Source: Camelus dromedarius
Lineage: Eukaryota
Assembly: GCF_036321535.1 (NCBI RefSeq)
Contig: NC_087436.1
Location: 120,220,001-120,284,000 of the forward strand
Reading direction: 5' to 3'
DNA length: 64,000 nt
Part shown: positions 61,543 to 64,000 of the stretch, one piece after another
How the letters are laid out: each line of letters opens with the position of its first letter
Position numbering within the stretch: the stretch's first letter is position 1
The notes under the pieces: model-generated
Seen by the model: only the letters and a program-made list of their open reading frames with translations
The model's database searches: none
Told to the model about the DNA's origin: nothing
Program-made: the position numbers and the translations under genes

Positions 61543-62575
61543 CTGTGGACGGAGTTACAAAAGGGAAGTGTTAGTGTCATGTCCCCGGATGCAGGGGTCA
61601 CACGGAGAGTCAGGAGGAGGGAGCCGGCGGTCCACACACGGATTCTCATCACCTCTGCTCCTCTGGGCCAGAGTCACAGGGTCAGTGCTGAGCCTGGGGT
61701 GTGCAGATCACTGGGGTTCATAGCCCCACTGGGGGGACATGAGAGGGATGGGAAACTCACCACCGTGGGCTACCTGCTCCTCAGGGGCCTGCACCCAGTC
61801 CCTCGGAACCCTAGCCCCGGGCAGCCAGACATGGGTGGCTTCTGGTTCACAGGCTGGGGACAGAAAGGGGCTGCCAGGTGACTTCCAACCCGCTCCTCTC
61901 CATGCGAGGTGGGCAGAGGCCAGGCCCAGCCACAGGCACCCTGGGGACCGGAGCCAGGTGGGAACTCAGCTGGGGTGTGAGGGCTTTGGGGCAGGGCTCT
62001 TGGCTGGGAGGCGGGACGGAGCCCCTCACTTGGGAACCTTAGTGTGGGGTGAAGAGCAGGGCCTCGGGTGGGGGCCCCACCCCTCACGCATTCACGGGGT
62101 CTCTGAGCTGACCCACTGGGGCCTCAGTCTCTTTACTTGCCAGCCCCACCCAGTGTCCCACATCGACAGCCACCGCCATCAAGGTAACAGGTCTCGAAGG
62201 GCCCCAAGGCCCTGCGCTAATTCAAACTCGACCTTCCCCAGTCTCAGATTTTCCCCACCTGCACGCAGGGCCAATGACACCCTACCTCGCCAGGCCACTG
62301 GGAGAATTTAATGAAATTAAATAGGGGTAATGACTTGGGGGCCACGCCCCTGAAAGTGGTGGTGTGTCCAACACCCTCCAATATCCCTTCAACAAACCAC
62401 ATGGGCCTGGCACATAGTAGGGCCTCAACAGCTGGGTGGAAGGAAGGAGCGCCCGTCCGTTTCTGCTGGCAAAGCCTCCAGGTTGCTTAACACCCGGGAA
62501 GGGAACTCATCACTGCTCCTCCCTGTAAAACACCTGCTCTGACTGGCAGCCGCCGGACAGACCTGGATTGATCGC

Positions 62576-62612
62576 TGTGTGTGTGTGTGTCTGTGTGTGT
62601 GTGTGTGTGTGT
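62576..62612. repeat. (TG)n microsatellite, one interruption
   Basis: Seen directly. Confidence 0.95.
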
Positions 62613-62727
62613 AAGCTTTTGTTTTTTCAAAACAATTGTTTGCAATTACAAAGACAATTGATGATGTTTATTAAAATTTCAACAAGCCTAAAAATGAATA
62701 AATAAGAAAATTAAAATCATCCGTAGT

Positions 62728-62902
62728 GGGGAGGGCAGAGCTCAGTGGCAGAGCGTGTGCTTAGCATGCTGAGGCCCTGGGTTCAATCCCCGGTTCCTCT
62801 GTTAAAAAGTAGTAATAATAATAAAGAAAGAAGCCTAATCAACTCCCTCCCCCAAAGCAAAACAAAAAATAAATAAATAAAATATTTTTGAAAGTTGAAA
62901 AC
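62728..62902 (+). mobile_element. tRNA-derived SINE (camelid Vic-1-like), apparently inserted into an old L1 fragment
   Basis: ggggagggcagagctcagtggcagagcgtgtgcttagcatg...ctgggttcaatcccc, A-rich linker, cctaatcaactccctcccc, A-rich tail. Degenerate target-site duplication aaaatcatccgtag (62713-62726) / aacatcacccgcag (62903-62916). Confidence 0.88.
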
Positions 62903-64000
62903 AACATCACCCGCAGCCTTGTACACCCGGGGCTGGAGGCCTCCCGGTGCACATGTGCGTATCAGACAGAACACACGCGCACAGCATCCTATCCTGCGGT
63001 TTTTGCTTAAAAATGTCTTAATATTTTTCCACATAATTAAAAACGGTCACTTGAAGAGCTGTGTGACATTTGGTCGTGCGGACAGTTGAGAATTCCCGTC
63101 TCTGCTCCTTGCCTGTCAGCTCTGTTCTATTTCTAAACAAAGTTGCGGAGACGCCACTGCACACAGGTTTAGACGCCCCCCTCTTGTTTACTGGAGGGCC
63201 TCCTAGAAGTGGAGTCTGGCCCCAGAGGGCGTGGGCATTTTTAAGGCTCTGAAGCAAATGGTTAATTTCTCACTTTTTGCCCACCAGCCAGGTGAGAGGC
63301 CCATTTCCTCCAGTGCTCGCAACACAGGGACGTGTCATTTCTTGGTCAACCCACTGGAAAAAGTAGCATCTAATCGGTATTTTGATCGGGGTCCCCTGAC
63401 AGAGAGAGCGTCCACCACACTCTCCCATGTTTGCTGAGCCTACAGAGGAAGGTGTGTCCAGGGCTGGGTGGTGGCGCTGGTATTGGGGCTGCGGGTGGGG
63501 ATGGCCCGCCTCATCTTCCTTGGAGGCCCCCAGCATCCGGGTGGACCAGGCAGAGGGTCTCAGGGTGGTCTCATGCAGAGCGGGGCCAGAGCCCCAAAGA
63601 GACCCCTCACCGTGGACCCCTGTGCCCCGTGGAGCGGAGCTTAAAAATAACCGCCTGGGGCCAAACCCTCAGGGTCCAACTGGGACATACGAGGCTGGGA
63701 GCGGATGGGTCTGGCTTCACCATCCCACGGAAAGTCACGGCAGATTCCGCTTTGCGAACAGGCTTCCAGCCTCAGCCCAGAGCCATGAAGAGCGTCTTTC
63801 TTTCTGAGACTGGGTCCCCCTTGATGGTGAGCCCGTGTCCCCGAGCTGCCGTCCCAGCGTCACTGTGCTTGGCGTCAGAACGTCCTGGTACAGAAAGCAC
63901 TACTGATGGTGGGGGTGGGCACCTCGGTCAGGGGGACCCCCTCCCCACCTGGGCATCCCAGTGCAGCTGGGAGGGGCGCAAAGGACCCCTTTCACAAGCT

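Noticed and set aside
62728..62795. tRNA-like sequence with A and B boxes (also 51824-51882)
   Set aside because: No intact cloverleaf; followed by a SINE body, A-rich tail and target-site duplication, so a SINE rather than a tRNA gene.
63641..63650. MEF2 consensus TTAAAAATAA (also CTAATTATAA at 45720-45729)
   Set aside because: Isolated degenerate motifs; plausible for a muscle/brain gene but not supportable from sequence alone.

Overview
GC-rich mammalian genomic DNA, probably from a camelid (Vic-1-type tRNA-derived SINEs). The whole window lies inside the 3' half of ABLIM2 (actin-binding LIM protein 2) on the minus strand. I traced 15 coding exons with GT-AG junctions and consistent phases, from the end of LIM4 (61542) to the villin-headpiece stop (699), plus part of the 3' UTR. 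These include an 8-nt microexon, 33-nt and 99-nt in-frame cassettes, a NAGNAG acceptor and a GAG acceptor. The L2-derived intronic microRNA miR-95 is at 26671-26750. Introns hold L1, L2, MIR, MaLR/ERVL/ERV1 LTRs and simple repeats. Almost all ORFs in the supplied track are chance ORFs. I found no wholly new gene system. The best leads are splicing elements I do not recognise from known isoforms: three candidate stop-containing exons (12388-12462, 33666-33724, 34916-34985), a candidate 12-nt microexon, and a candidate internal promoter/first exon (about 58.1-58.4 kb) that would splice in frame to give a LIM-less ABLIM2. Gene and repeat identifications rest on recalled sequences, not on database searches, and repeat boundaries are approximate.
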